Of a stretch of 64,000 nucleotides of DNA, positions 27,832 to 38,217 are shown in pieces. The number at the start of each line of letters is the position of its first letter. The stretch's first letter is position 1. This DNA is from an uncultured Verrucomicrobiota bacterium. GTDB taxonomy: Bacteria > Verrucomicrobiota > Kiritimatiellia > RZYC01. The translations under genes were made by a program, and so were the position numbers. A model generated the notes under the pieces. It did no database searches and had not been told where the DNA came from. It worked only from the letters and a program-made list of their open reading frames with translations. The DNA is taken from positions 8,749 to 72,748 of the forward strand of contig CAZISY010000001.1 in the NCBI GenBank assembly GCA_964542025.1, given 5' to 3'.

Positions 27832-28935
27832 ATGTTTAAGAAAGCCGTGTTTCCGGGTAAGTACATTCAGGGTTCCGGTGCGATCAGCGAATTGCCCGGG
27901 CTGCTCGACCTGCTGGGCAGGCATGGCTTGATTTTGGCTTCGCCCACGACGTGCAAAAAAATTCTGCCGGCCTGCGGCGTGGATTGGGCTGCACGCGGGA
28001 CGCTGGTTGAACCTTTCACGGGCGAGTGCAGTGAAACGGAATTGTCCCGGGTGAGTGAAATTATTCGCCGCAACAAGGTGGATGTGATTGTGGGCATGGG
28101 CGGCGGAAAAACCATTGATACAGCCAAGATTGCCGCCGACCGGGCAAACATTCCGGTTATCGTTGTGCCGACCATTGCCTCGACCGATGCGCCGTGCAGC
28201 GGGTGTGCGGTGATCTATTCGGATGCCGGAGTTTTTGAGTCGGTGTATTACCAGAAAATGAATCCGTCGGCGGTGCTGGTGGATGAACGGATCATCGTGT
28301 CGGCTCCTGTGCGGTTTCTCGTGGCCGGAATGGGAGATGCGCTGGCCACATGGTTTGAGGCGGATTCGTGCCGGCGAACGCAGTCGGAAAACGCCTGCGG
28401 CGGACTGGGTACGGAAGCGGGATATTCCATTGCGCGGCTTTGTTATGACATGCTGTTGGAATATGGGCGTTCTGCCAGGGTGGCCTGTGAAAACCAGGTG
28501 GTTACGCCTGCGTTTTCGCGTATCGTGGAGGCCAACATACTTCTGAGCGGCATCGGTTTTGAAAGCGGGGGCCTGGCCGCTGCGCATTCGATACACAATG
28601 GGTTCACCGCGCTGGCGCCGACGCATGCGTTTTATCACGGCGAAAAGGTGGCTTTCGGGGTGCTGGCCGGACTTCAGCTTAATGGGGCCCCGACGGCAGT
28701 TGCAGATACGGTGTATGGCTTTTGCGAGGCAATCGGCTTGCCGACGACGCTGGAGGCTCTGGGCCTGGCAAAGGTTACGCGTACCGAGTTGATGAAGGTG
28801 GCGGAAAAGACCTGTGCGCCGGTGGAGTGCGTTCATCACGAAGCGGGCATGATCACGCCGGAAAATGTACTGAACGCCATAATCGCCGCCGATGCGATCG
28901 GGCAGCAGCGTAAATGCGCATCCGGCCGGGCATGA
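27832..28935 (+). CDS. gldA: Glycerol dehydrogenase (iron-containing ADH family)
   Basis: PGKYIQGSG N-terminus, GGGKTIDTAK and TIASTDAPCS motifs, co-linear with GldA. Strong RBS AAGGAGGGAG. Confidence 0.8.
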   Translation: MFKKAVFPGKYIQGSGAISELPGLLDLLGRHGLILASPTTCKKILPACGVDWAARGTLVEPFTGECSETELSRVSEIIRRNKVDVIVGMGGGKTIDTAKIAADRANIPVIVVPTIASTDAPCSGCAVIYSDAGVFESVYYQKMNPSAVLVDERIIVSAPVRFLVAGMGDALATWFEADSCRRTQSENACGGLGTEAGYSIARLCYDMLLEYGRSARVACENQVVTPAFSRIVEANILLSGIGFESGGLAAAHSIHNGFTALAPTHAFYHGEKVAFGVLAGLQLNGAPTAVADTVYGFCEAIGLPTTLEALGLAKVTRTELMKVAEKTCAPVECVHHEAGMITPENVLNAIIAADAIGQQRKCASGRA

Positions 28936-28938
28936 CGG

Positions 28939-29901
28939 TTATGGCGCGGTCGTGGTGAGTGAAGCGGGGAGCGTCAGATTGATGTCCCGCGCAACGGTTG
29001 TATTGTAGCCGATACGCTTGGGCAGATCGCCGTCGTTTTCAAACGGAATAGAAGATGGATCTTCTCCTTTTACCACGCGAACGGCCATTTGCGCGAAGCG
29101 GCGCCCGATTTCCCCGCGGTCGGTTGAGCAGGCAATCACTGCGCCGATTTTTTCCATATTGAAGACCACTGAAAAAACGGGAATTTTCTGACGCGAGGCA
29201 TTTTTAAACAGGGCGGGGAACGTGACATCCTGCGATGGATCCTGAAGATGAATAACGGCGTGCGGTTTTTCAGCCATGAGGGCATCGGTGGCCGTCAGGA
29301 TTTCGTTTTGGGCGGTGTAGGGAATGGCAACGACCTCCATGTGATGCTCGGCAGCAACGCGTACGAGGTCGTCTTTGCGATATACGGAGTCATCATTGCC
29401 GGAATCATAGATAACACCCAGCCGGGTGATGGCGGGTTTGCATTCGCCTGCGAGGTCGAGCAATTCTTTGTACGGAGGAATCAGATACATGCCGGTCAAA
29501 TGCTCCAGGTGATTGGTATCCGATTCGCCCGCTCCAAGTATGAACGGGTTTTGCAGGAGCGTGAACATTTTATTCACGGTGGGCGCGCGGCGAATCGCCG
29601 TGAAGAGGGTGGGCGATTGGAACGTGATGAGCAGGTCCGTTTTCGAGTTTTCGGCGGCATCCACCAGCATGGTCAGCGAGGACATATCGCCCTGCGCGGA
29701 TCGTATTTTCAGTTGAAAATCCTGTCCGGCAATCAACCCCGCGCCGGTGAGTCCGGTCATCAGTTCATCTTCAAAGCAGCGGGTATAGGAATTATCCAGA
29801 TATTTAATCAGGGTAATGCGAAAGGCTTTGTTGTTGCGGCTGCACGATATGCCCGACAGGAGCAGGCACGCCAACATCAGGAGAATCAGTATTCTTTTCA
29901 T
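28939..29901 (-). CDS. ABC transporter substrate-binding lipoprotein (PF04392 ABC_sub_bind type)
   Basis: Lipoprotein signal (LLSGISC) followed by a periplasmic binding fold. Confidence 0.65.
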   Translation of the reverse strand: MKRILILLMLACLLLSGISCSRNNKAFRITLIKYLDNSYTRCFEDELMTGLTGAGLIAGQDFQLKIRSAQGDMSSLTMLVDAAENSKTDLLITFQSPTLFTAIRRAPTVNKMFTLLQNPFILGAGESDTNHLEHLTGMYLIPPYKELLDLAGECKPAITRLGVIYDSGNDDSVYRKDDLVRVAAEHHMEVVAIPYTAQNEILTATDALMAEKPHAVIHLQDPSQDVTFPALFKNASRQKIPVFSVVFNMEKIGAVIACSTDRGEIGRRFAQMAVRVVKGEDPSSIPFENDGDLPKRIGYNTTVARDINLTLPASLTTTAP

Positions 29902-29945
29902 GGATTCACTTTACGGAAAGCAGCGCGGGTGTGACAAGCGTGAAA

Positions 29946-30611
29946 TCAGGCGAAGCCGGGAATACGCATACGGTGCTGAATGCCCCTGGCGAGCAGCGTC
30001 AGCAGCGTGACCAGGATCAGATAGACGGCGGCGGCGAAAAGATAGCCGCGGAAAAAATAAAAGTTTTGTGCCGTGAAATTCTGGATGAATGCCAGGAAGC
30101 CGTTGAATTGAATGAGGAATGCCACGGAAGAATCCTTTAGATTGCTTATCGCCTGGCTGATGAGCCCGGGGAGTGCGTAGCGGAGCGATTGCGGAAGAAT
30201 AAGGTGACGGAAAATCTGGCGCTTGCGGAAACCCATGGATTGCGCGGCGGTCCGTTCGATGGATTGAATGGCTTTGTAGCCGCTCATCAGGTAACGCGCG
30301 TTATACGCGGAGACATTGAGCGTAAAGCCGATGAATGACGCGGCGAACGGCGAAAGGTCAAGCCCGATGGGCGGCAGGCCGTAGTACATCAGAAAGAGCA
30401 GCGCGAGCAGCGGCGTTCCGATGAAGAAGGTGACATAGGCGTTGGCAATGAATCGGAGGCATTTTGAAGAATGCGTCAACAGGAACAGCAGCACGATGCC
30501 GCCAAGCAGACCCGACAGAGTAATGGATCCGGCCAGGATGATCGTCCAGTTCAGCGCCTTGAGCAGAGCCGGTCCTTCAAGCCACAATTCCTGGAAAAAG
30601 AGGTCTGTCAT
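29946..30611 (-). CDS. Polar amino-acid ABC transporter permease
   Basis: His/Glu/Gln/Arg/opine family permease with the EAA loop. Confidence 0.8.
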   Translation of the reverse strand: MTDLFFQELWLEGPALLKALNWTIILAGSITLSGLLGGIVLLFLLTHSSKCLRFIANAYVTFFIGTPLLALLFLMYYGLPPIGLDLSPFAASFIGFTLNVSAYNARYLMSGYKAIQSIERTAAQSMGFRKRQIFRHLILPQSLRYALPGLISQAISNLKDSSVAFLIQFNGFLAFIQNFTAQNFYFFRGYLFAAAVYLILVTLLTLLARGIQHRMRIPGFA

Positions 30612-31345
30612 CAGACATCCCTCGCCATTTGGAAAAATTGGCGGATACGTTCATCTTCCGTCTGCGCATAGAGTGTTTCCGGGAGCTGCTCCGTCAGAAT
30701 TCGTCCATGATCCAGAAATAGAATTTTGTCACAGACGTACTTGGCGAAATGGGCATCATGGGTGACGCACAGCATGGTGACGTTGTCCAGAAACAGCTTA
30801 TTGATGATGATGGAGACTTCACGCGAAAGTTCCGGGTCCAGAGCGCTGGTGGGTTCGTCGAACAGGATGATCTGCGGATCCATGGCCAGGGCGCGGGCAA
30901 TGGCCACGCGCTGCTGCTGTCCGCCGGACAGCTGTGCCGGATACTTGTGAGCATGCTCCAGCATGTTCACACGCGCGAGTTCCTGCTCGGCTTTTTCCAG
31001 GGCATTTTTGCGGGGCAGTTTAAGGAGTTTGTTCGGTGCAAGCGCGACATTGTGCAGAGCATCCAGATGACGAAAGAGACCGAACTGCTGAAAGACAAAG
31101 CCGATCTGCAGGCGCACGCGGCGCACATCGGTGCCCGGTGCCGTAATATCCTCTCCATTCAGCAGAATTTTTCCACCGGTGGGTTTTTCGAGCAGATTCA
31201 GGCAGCGCAGGAGCGTTGTTTTTCCGCTCCCGGAAGGGCCCATCACCACCTTGACTTCCCCGCGGTTCAGAGAAAAGCTTACGCCGTCGAGAATGTTTTT
31301 TTCACCGAAGTGAAGAGACAGGTTTTGAACTTCCAGTAGCGTCAT
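30611..31345 (-). CDS. Polar amino-acid ABC transporter ATP-binding protein (GlnQ-like)
   Basis: Walker A GPSGSGKTT, LSGGQQQRVAIARAL, Walker B ILFDEPTSALD. Confidence 0.9.
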   Translation of the reverse strand: MTLLEVQNLSLHFGEKNILDGVSFSLNRGEVKVVMGPSGSGKTTLLRCLNLLEKPTGGKILLNGEDITAPGTDVRRVRLQIGFVFQQFGLFRHLDALHNVALAPNKLLKLPRKNALEKAEQELARVNMLEHAHKYPAQLSGGQQQRVAIARALAMDPQIILFDEPTSALDPELSREVSIIINKLFLDNVTMLCVTHDAHFAKYVCDKILFLDHGRILTEQLPETLYAQTEDERIRQFFQMARDV

Positions 31346-31349
31346 GGCG

Positions 31350-32003
31350 TCAGGACTCCTCGAAACCCGGGATATGGAACCGGCGGTAGATAAGATGGAA
31401 AAGCGCGTGGCATCCCAGGTAAAGCAAAAGGAAAATCAGGGCGGCGGCGGTGTAGACCGGCAGACCGCGCGAAGTGACGGCTGTGAGTGTTTGTGCTTCT
31501 TTGAGGATTTCCGGAACTCCGGCCACATAGGCAAACGGCGAAGCTTTCAGCACGGATGTAAATTCGTTGATAATGCCCGGTACGGAAAGCCTCCACATTT
31601 GGGGCATCAGTATGGACCAGAAGACGCGCCGCCTGGACATCCCCAGCGCGATTCCGGCTTCACGCTGGAGGCGATCAATGGAATCGAGCGCGCCGCGGAA
31701 AACCTCCCCGATGTAGGCGGATGCCACCAGTCCGAGGCAGGCGGCCACGGTAAGGAAGGGCGGGGTCCGGATGCCGATGAGCGGAAGGCCGTACAAAGTC
31801 ATGAAAATAAGTACCAGCGACGGGATGCTTTGCAGGGTGTAGACGCAGCAGCGGTGCATCTTTTTCCCGAAGGGGCCGGCCAGCTGGTAAATCAGCGACA
31901 GCAGGAGTCCGCCGGTCAATCCGATGGTCATGGCGGAAAACGTGATCAGAAGAGTGTTCAATATCCCCGCCGACAGCGCCCGGACAATCTGAAGAAAAAC
32001 CAT
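31350..32003 (-). CDS. Polar amino-acid ABC transporter permease
   Basis: Paralogue of 29946..30611. Confidence 0.8.
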   Translation of the reverse strand: MVFLQIVRALSAGILNTLLITFSAMTIGLTGGLLLSLIYQLAGPFGKKMHRCCVYTLQSIPSLVLIFMTLYGLPLIGIRTPPFLTVAACLGLVASAYIGEVFRGALDSIDRLQREAGIALGMSRRRVFWSILMPQMWRLSVPGIINEFTSVLKASPFAYVAGVPEILKEAQTLTAVTSRGLPVYTAAALIFLLLYLGCHALFHLIYRRFHIPGFEES

Positions 32004-32024
32004 GTGTGCAGCCTTTTCGTGGAG

Positions 32025-32786
32025 TTACCTGGTCATGAAACGGTCGATAATGGCCTTCACTTCCGTGCCGTGCTCCTGAAGGAACTGATTAAACGCGTCG
32101 CGTAAGCCGCTGTTTTTCGGGAAGGCGAATCCAAATCGGTCATCTTCTGCCAGAGTAAACGCCGTAATCAGGTTGTAGATGCCTTTTTCCTTCTGATCGG
32201 CCAGTACAAGGCTGTCCATGAAAGCACCGTCAATTTTTCCGTTGCCGAGATCCGCGAGCAGTTCGTTGTACGATGGGTACTGCTTCAAATCTTCATACGC
32301 ATAAAACTCTTTGTATGTGGTTTTAATCAGATCGGCGAAATACTGGCCGCGTACAAAACCCAGTTTATACTTTTTCCAGTCAGCAGGCGTGGACATGATC
32401 ACGCCCCGATCAGCGATGGCGGCAATGACCAGGGTATTGATCATGTAAACGTCCGAAAAATCCATGGTTTGCTTGCGTTTTTCGGTAATGGAAATGCCGG
32501 AAAAAGCCACATCGGCCCGATTGGCGATCAGTGCGCCGAGCATCCCGGCCCAATCGTAAGCCGTGATTTCGAGTTCATATCCGGCGCTCTGGCAAAACGC
32601 GGTAAAAATTTCGATATCAATGCCGGTATAATTCTGTCCGCTTTGAAAACAGTTTGGCGGAGAGGTTGGGCAAACCGCCGCCTTCAAGATTCGGTTGGCC
32701 ATCGGCGCCGGTTCCGATTCGGTTCCTGTTTGTTTTCCGCAACCCGCCAAAAGCCCCGCCAACATAAAAATCAACACACGATACAT
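32025..32786 (-). CDS. Amino-acid ABC transporter substrate-binding lipoprotein (SBP_bac_3)
   Basis: The start is taken at MYRVLIF...AGCG (lipobox) with RBS AAGGAG. The ORF track extends to 32957. Confidence 0.75.
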   Translation of the reverse strand: MYRVLIFMLAGLLAGCGKQTGTESEPAPMANRILKAAVCPTSPPNCFQSGQNYTGIDIEIFTAFCQSAGYELEITAYDWAGMLGALIANRADVAFSGISITEKRKQTMDFSDVYMINTLVIAAIADRGVIMSTPADWKKYKLGFVRGQYFADLIKTTYKEFYAYEDLKQYPSYNELLADLGNGKIDGAFMDSLVLADQKEKGIYNLITAFTLAEDDRFGFAFPKNSGLRDAFNQFLQEHGTEVKAIIDRFMTR

Positions 32787-33015
32787 AGGTAAAAACTCCT
32801 TTAAATCAGCAATCTGGTGAGTCATGTTATCGTTCGAATTTTGCAGAACAAGGGAATATTCCGGAAATCGCCGGGTGATGCTGGGCAGCGGCTGATTCGC
32901 CTGGTTTTTGGTATTGAGACGTTGACGGCCATTTGCATTTTCCGATAGCCTGCGCACTCCTGATTGTTATTATGCCAATTCGGTATTGCATCAGGAAAAC
33001 CCAAAGGAAGCGATT

Positions 33016-34674
33016 ATGTCTGAAACATTGATTGGTTTTCCACAGGTTGTGGAAATGATCACTTATTTGTTCGGTGGTTTAAGCGTATTCCTCCTGGGTA
33101 TGAAATATCTTTCCGATGGTGTACAGGCCACGGCCGGAGATCGGCTGAGCCGAATGATCGCCATGGTGACCGATAATCGTCTGGCCGCCTGCGGGACCGG
33201 CATCTTTGTGACCGGTCTGATTCAGTCCAGTTCCATTACCACCGTGATGCTGGTCGGGCTGGTGAATGCCGGAGTGATGAATCTGACACAGTCCATCGGC
33301 GTTATTCTGGGGGCGGATATCGGCACGACCGTGACGGCCTGGATTGTTGCCGTGAAAGTGACCAAGTACGGGTTGCTCATGGTGGGCGTTTCCGGGTTGC
33401 TATATCTTTTTACGCGGCATGAACGCACCCGTTTTGTGGCCATGCTCGTTATGGGACTGGGCATGGTTTTTTTCGGATTGCAGCTGATGGAGCAGGGGGT
33501 TGCTCCGCTGCGTTGCGATGAGCGTTTCACCAACCTGCTTGCGCGCTTTTCGCCGACCACTTATTGGGGGGTGATCAAGTGCGTACTGATTGGCTCTGCG
33601 GTAACCGGAGTGATTCAATCGTCCTCGGCGACGATTGCCATCACAATCACCCTTGCACGCGCCGGCATTGTGGATTTTGATACCTCCGTGGCGCTGGTGC
33701 TTGGACAAAACATAGGCACCACGGTGACCGCCTTTTTGGGATCTCTGGGGATGAGTGTACAGGCACGCCGGGTGGCCTATGCGCACATCATCATCAAAAT
33801 AGCGGCTGTGGCGCTCATGATTCCGTTCTTTTTCCTCTATATGGACATGCTTGGCCAAATCCTGAATGCCAATACCGGGATTGCCACACGTATTGCGCTG
33901 GCTCATACCGTGTTTAACGTGCTGCTTGTGCTGGCCTTTTTACCGTTTACCAAACAACTGGCGCGGCTTCTGACTCTGGTGTTTCGTGATCGTCCGCTTA
34001 TCGTTCCGAAGCTGACCCACCTCGATATCCGCATGCTGGAAGCCCCCCTGATTTGTCTGGAACAATCCCGGCGTGAAATTCTGCAAATGGGCGCCATCGT
34101 CGGCGAGATGATGAACACACTGCGTGAGATTGAAGTCAGGGGCGTTGGAAGCTGTCGCCAGCTGGTCGCTGATTTATTCGCCCAGGAAGAGCGATTGGAT
34201 GTCATGCAAAAAGAGGTGGTGGTTTTTCTCACGCGGCTGCTTACCCAGGAAATTTCCACGGCTGTTGCCAAAGAAACGCATGAACAGCTGCGCAGGGCGG
34301 ATGAATATGAATCCATCAGCGACTATTGCGCATCCATTCTTAAGTTGCATCTGCGTCTATCCAAGGCGGGTATTGAGTTGGATGAGGACGACAACGTCGA
34401 TGTGCTGGCCATGCACGATGCAGTGTATGCCTATTATCAAATGGTGTATGCCGCGCACGAAAAGAGGGACCTGACCATTCTCACCACCGCGTATCCGCAG
34501 GGCGATGCCCTCAAACACCAGTTCAAGGAAGTTCGCAGTCGCCATTTGGCCAAGTTGCATGTCAAACAACTCGATCCATTGATCTGTACCCTGTATCCTG
34601 ACATCTTAAATGGCTACAGGCGTATCAAGGAGCACTTAATTAACGTGGCTGAGGCCGTGGCCGGAGTGAAGTAA
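33016..34674 (+). CDS. Na/Pi-cotransporter family protein with C-terminal PhoU-like domains
   Basis: Two Na_Pi_cotrans repeats and a PhoU-like C-terminus. The start is taken at MSETLIGF. Confidence 0.8.
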   Translation: MSETLIGFPQVVEMITYLFGGLSVFLLGMKYLSDGVQATAGDRLSRMIAMVTDNRLAACGTGIFVTGLIQSSSITTVMLVGLVNAGVMNLTQSIGVILGADIGTTVTAWIVAVKVTKYGLLMVGVSGLLYLFTRHERTRFVAMLVMGLGMVFFGLQLMEQGVAPLRCDERFTNLLARFSPTTYWGVIKCVLIGSAVTGVIQSSSATIAITITLARAGIVDFDTSVALVLGQNIGTTVTAFLGSLGMSVQARRVAYAHIIIKIAAVALMIPFFFLYMDMLGQILNANTGIATRIALAHTVFNVLLVLAFLPFTKQLARLLTLVFRDRPLIVPKLTHLDIRMLEAPLICLEQSRREILQMGAIVGEMMNTLREIEVRGVGSCRQLVADLFAQEERLDVMQKEVVVFLTRLLTQEISTAVAKETHEQLRRADEYESISDYCASILKLHLRLSKAGIELDEDDNVDVLAMHDAVYAYYQMVYAAHEKRDLTILTTAYPQGDALKHQFKEVRSRHLAKLHVKQLDPLICTLYPDILNGYRRIKEHLINVAEAVAGVK

Positions 34675-34676
34675 TC

Positions 34677-35621
34677 ATGCACCCAAAAACCATGAGTTCC
34701 GCTGATCACGACAAAACATCCCGCGCTGTACCGCCGGTCTCTGAGGGGTACATTCCGTTTCACGGCTTTCGCGTGTGGTACCGGGTGGTTGGCGACCTTG
34801 CTTCAGAGCAGGTTCCGATTCTTTGCCTGCATGGAGGGCCCGGTATAGCTCATGACTATCTCGAACCGCTGGAATGCCTCGCGGACACAGGACGCCCAGT
34901 GGTCTTTTATGATCAGCTGGGTTGCGGGAAATCCGACCATCCGCACGAACCCGCGCTGTGGACGATGAACCTGTTTGTCGAGGAGCTTTCGGCGGTTAGG
35001 ACGGCCCTTGATCTTCATCGCGTTCACCTGTTCGGGCAGTCATGGGGTGGAATGCTGGCGTTGGAGTATCTGTTGGGTAAACCGCAGGGCGTGGCGTCGC
35101 TGATTTTAGCCAGCGCCCCCGCGAGCTCCGCGCAATGGGCTGAAGAGACCGGGCGCCTGCGCGCTGAACTGCCGCCCGGCGTACGGGAAATTCTTGATCG
35201 CCATGAAGCGGCGGGAACCACCGATTCGCCGGAATATGCCGAAGCTATGATGGTATTTTATAATCGTCACGTCTGCCGAATGAACCCCTGGCCGGACTGT
35301 ATGATGCGTTCCATCAACCAGATGATGGCCGATCCGGAGGTGTACTTCACGCTGTGGGGACCGAGTGAGTTTTATATAACGGGTAAACTTCAAGACTGGG
35401 ATGTGACGGATCGACTGGGCGAAATAACGCTGCCGACTCTGATCACTACAGGTCGCTATGACGAGGCGACTCCGACGGTGGCGGAAACGCTGCTGCATGG
35501 AATTCGCGGGTCGCGCTGGGAGTTGTTTGCCCATAGTGCGCATGCCGCGCACATCGAAGAGGCGGATCGCTACGGTCAGGTGCTGGCTGATTTCATAACC
35601 GGCGTGGAAACCGTAAAATAA
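34677..35621 (+). CDS. Proline iminopeptidase-family alpha/beta hydrolase (S33)
   Basis: HGGPG oxyanion motif, GQSWGG nucleophile elbow and a C-terminal catalytic His region. Confidence 0.75.
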   Translation: MHPKTMSSADHDKTSRAVPPVSEGYIPFHGFRVWYRVVGDLASEQVPILCLHGGPGIAHDYLEPLECLADTGRPVVFYDQLGCGKSDHPHEPALWTMNLFVEELSAVRTALDLHRVHLFGQSWGGMLALEYLLGKPQGVASLILASAPASSAQWAEETGRLRAELPPGVREILDRHEAAGTTDSPEYAEAMMVFYNRHVCRMNPWPDCMMRSINQMMADPEVYFTLWGPSEFYITGKLQDWDVTDRLGEITLPTLITTGRYDEATPTVAETLLHGIRGSRWELFAHSAHAAHIEEADRYGQVLADFITGVETVK

Positions 35622-35642
35622 AATGGAAGAAAGGGAGGGGTC

Positions 35643-36125
35643 ATGTTCAGTGTAATTCTTTTGCTCGCGGCGCTGGCAGGGGCCTGCCTGACGATCATCC
35701 TTCGCAAACAAGCCGGTATTCGCCGTGTTCAAACACTGATTGCCTGGCTGATGGGGTGCTGCATCGGATTGGGTGGCCTGTGGGCATTCGTGGGCCATGC
35801 CTTTTTTGCACAGCGCGTGGCGGAGTCCATCGGCTGGGCGCCGAGTCCGTTTCAGTGGGAAATTGCAATGGCGAATCTGGCCTGCGGCATTCTCGGTATT
35901 TTCAGTGTTTTTATGACAGGGCGTTTTCGTTTGGCGACGGCCATTTTCGTGAATGTGTATCTGCTGGGTTGTGCCATCGGACATTTTCACCAGATCATCA
36001 CGGAGCATAATGTGTCCATTAACAATGCCGGTCCAATTCTTTGGGTGGGTGACATCGCCGTTCCACTTCTGGTGCTTGTGACCGTCCTGATTGCCGAGGG
36101 AAAACGCCGGACCGATCAGGCCTGA
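35643..36125 (+). CDS. Hypothetical polytopic membrane protein
   Basis: Four predicted TM helices. No recognised family. Confidence 0.5.
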   Translation: MFSVILLLAALAGACLTIILRKQAGIRRVQTLIAWLMGCCIGLGGLWAFVGHAFFAQRVAESIGWAPSPFQWEIAMANLACGILGIFSVFMTGRFRLATAIFVNVYLLGCAIGHFHQIITEHNVSINNAGPILWVGDIAVPLLVLVTVLIAEGKRRTDQA

Positions 36126-36146
36126 CATGTTCCCGGAGAGTCGCTG

Positions 36147-37481
36147 TTAATCGGCGATTTCCTGGCTGATTCGCATAGAGCAGAATTTAGGTCCGCACAT
36201 GGTGCAGTAATGGTGGCTGCCATCATCTGTGCAAGTGGTTTTCATGGATTCAGGATCCATCGCCTGCTGTTCCCCGAGAGCTTCCGCACGAAGCGCGCGC
36301 GCCCGGTCGGGATCAAGGGCGAGCTCAAATTGGCGTTTCCAATCGAAGGCGGCGCGTGCGCGGGAAATTTCATCATCCCGATCGCGGGCATGAGGCCGCT
36401 TGAGCGCGATGTCGGCGGCATGGGCAGCTATTTTATAGGCGATCACGCCCTCGCGGACGTCACGGTCGTTGGGGAGGCCGAGGTGTTCTTTCGGGGTCAC
36501 ATAGCAGAGCATGGCCGCACCGTGAAAGGCACCGAGCGTGGCGCCGATGGCGGAGGTAATATGATCGAATCCCGGGGCGCAATCGGTGACGACCGGACCC
36601 AGAATATAAAACGGCGCGTCATCACAGAGTTCCCGTTCCCGCTCCATATTCATCTGAATTTCATCAAGCGGAATGTGCCCGGGACCTTCCACCATCGCCT
36701 GGACTCCCGCTGCGCGTGACCGGCGGACCAGATCACCGAGTACGGTAAGTTCGGCGAACTGAGCCGCGTCGGATGCATCAGCGAGGCAGCCGGGCCGGAG
36801 GCCGTCGCCCAGCGATAGGGTCACATCGTGGGCGCGGCAGATATCCAGCAGATCGTCAAAATGAGTGAAGAGCGGATTTTCCAGTTTGTGTTTCATCATC
36901 CATTTGGCGGTAATGGATCCTCCGCGGCTGACAATACCCAGAAGCCGTTTTTTTGCCAGTGGGACGTGTTCTTTCAGTAGTCCGGCATGAACGGTCATGT
37001 AATCCACGCCCTGCCGTGCCTGGAAGTCGATGACTTCCAAAAGCTGTTGCACGGTGATGGCCATGGGGTCATCCACCTGGTTGAGTGCCTGATAAATCGG
37101 AACAGTGCCGACCGGAACCGTTGCGTGTTTAAGAATCTGCGCACGGATCTCATTCACCTGGGCGCCTGTACTCAGGTCCATCACCGTATCCGCGCCATAT
37201 TGTACAGCGCAGTGAAGTTTGGTCAGTTCCTCGCCGATACCGCTGCTGAGCGCCGAGTTGCCAATGTTGGCGTTGATTTTGGTGGTGAGCTCGCGGCCGA
37301 TGCCGATGGGCTGAAGGGCCTCATGATGAATGTTGGCCGGAATCACGATTCGGCCTGCCGCGACGCCTGCCCGAATGGTTTCCGGGGAAAGATATTCCCG
37401 AGAGGCGACAGTGATCATCTGCGGAGTGATGTGCCCCTGTGCGGCGGCTTGCTGTTGCGTCTGGTGTTTGCTCATGTTCAA
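36147..37481 (-). CDS. thiC: Phosphomethylpyrimidine synthase
   Basis: Full-length ThiC similarity including the C-terminal CxxCxxxxC radical-SAM-type cluster motif (CTMCGPKFC). Confidence 0.95.
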   Translation of the reverse strand: MNMSKHQTQQQAAAQGHITPQMITVASREYLSPETIRAGVAAGRIVIPANIHHEALQPIGIGRELTTKINANIGNSALSSGIGEELTKLHCAVQYGADTVMDLSTGAQVNEIRAQILKHATVPVGTVPIYQALNQVDDPMAITVQQLLEVIDFQARQGVDYMTVHAGLLKEHVPLAKKRLLGIVSRGGSITAKWMMKHKLENPLFTHFDDLLDICRAHDVTLSLGDGLRPGCLADASDAAQFAELTVLGDLVRRSRAAGVQAMVEGPGHIPLDEIQMNMERERELCDDAPFYILGPVVTDCAPGFDHITSAIGATLGAFHGAAMLCYVTPKEHLGLPNDRDVREGVIAYKIAAHAADIALKRPHARDRDDEISRARAAFDWKRQFELALDPDRARALRAEALGEQQAMDPESMKTTCTDDGSHHYCTMCGPKFCSMRISQEIAD

Positions 37482-37519
37482 TTCCTTTCCGCGCCGCAGA
37501 ACCTTAAGGCCGATCGACG

Positions 37520-37630
37520 TGGAAAGGACGGAACTGTCCGTTCCAACTCGCGGTCCCTGCGCTGGTATTATCCAACAGGTTCGTGGGGTATTTTCTCAGC
37601 ACGGCGCAAGACGCGCGCCGGCACCCCCGG
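37520..37630 (-). promoter_or_regulatory. TPP riboswitch (THI element) in the thiC 5' leader
   Basis: The minus-strand RNA reads GGGGGUGCC...GCUGAGA...ACCC...GAACCUGUUGGAUAAUACCAGCGCAGGGA, matching the THI-box consensus. Confidence 0.9.
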
Positions 37631-37743
37631 CGATATGAGCGCAGAGCATGCCCGAACCTTTTGAAAAAGCGAGCGTATATTCAGGAGAATTAGATTCCCG
37701 CTTCAACGGTCGGAGGACGGTTTTCGGGATGCTTCCGAAACGC

Positions 37744-38124
37744 TTATTCAAAATCCTCTTCGTCGGGATCTTCATCGAAGTCCTCATCTTCTTCGGTGTT
37801 TTCCCGGGTGCGGGGAAGCGTTCCGTGATCATTCAGATAGCTGATAACGGCTTCCGGCAGTTTGCCTTCGCCGGACCAATGCACTTTAGAGGAACCGCCG
37901 AATCCTTTGGACAGGTAGAAATCCACCGACGTTTCGGGCAGGAGCATAAACGGCGGTTTGCGGCCGGTTCGTTGAATATGCTGAGTGATTTCCTCAGGCA
38001 TGGGGCCTTTTCCGTTATACTGCACATAGCGCCCGCCACCGACGGCATAGAGCTTTTCTCCATCATAGTAAGGGTCAATTTCACGGATTTCTTTGGCTTT
38101 TGCTTTGGCCTTCTCTTTTTTCAT
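37744..38124 (-). CDS. Hypothetical small protein with a lysine-rich N-terminus and a highly acidic C-terminal tail
   Basis: 126-aa ORF between glgX and the thiC riboswitch. KAKAKAKE N-terminus, EEDEDFDEDPDEEDFE tail. Confidence 0.45.
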   Translation of the reverse strand: MKKEKAKAKAKEIREIDPYYDGEKLYAVGGGRYVQYNGKGPMPEEITQHIQRTGRKPPFMLLPETSVDFYLSKGFGGSSKVHWSGEGKLPEAVISYLNDHGTLPRTRENTEEDEDFDEDPDEEDFE

Positions 38125-38217
38125 GCCCGTTCTCTCCTCGGCTTTGTGCGATATATATCAAAGGTTTGACGATTTGTTTATCATTCTTTCGATTGATTGT
38201 GTGTTTACGGATACATT

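Noticed and set aside
26460-27866. 468-aa minus-strand ORF opposite the RACo gene
   Set aside because: The long open frame is a consequence of high GC. The plus-strand frame has the 2Fe-2S and ASKHA motifs.
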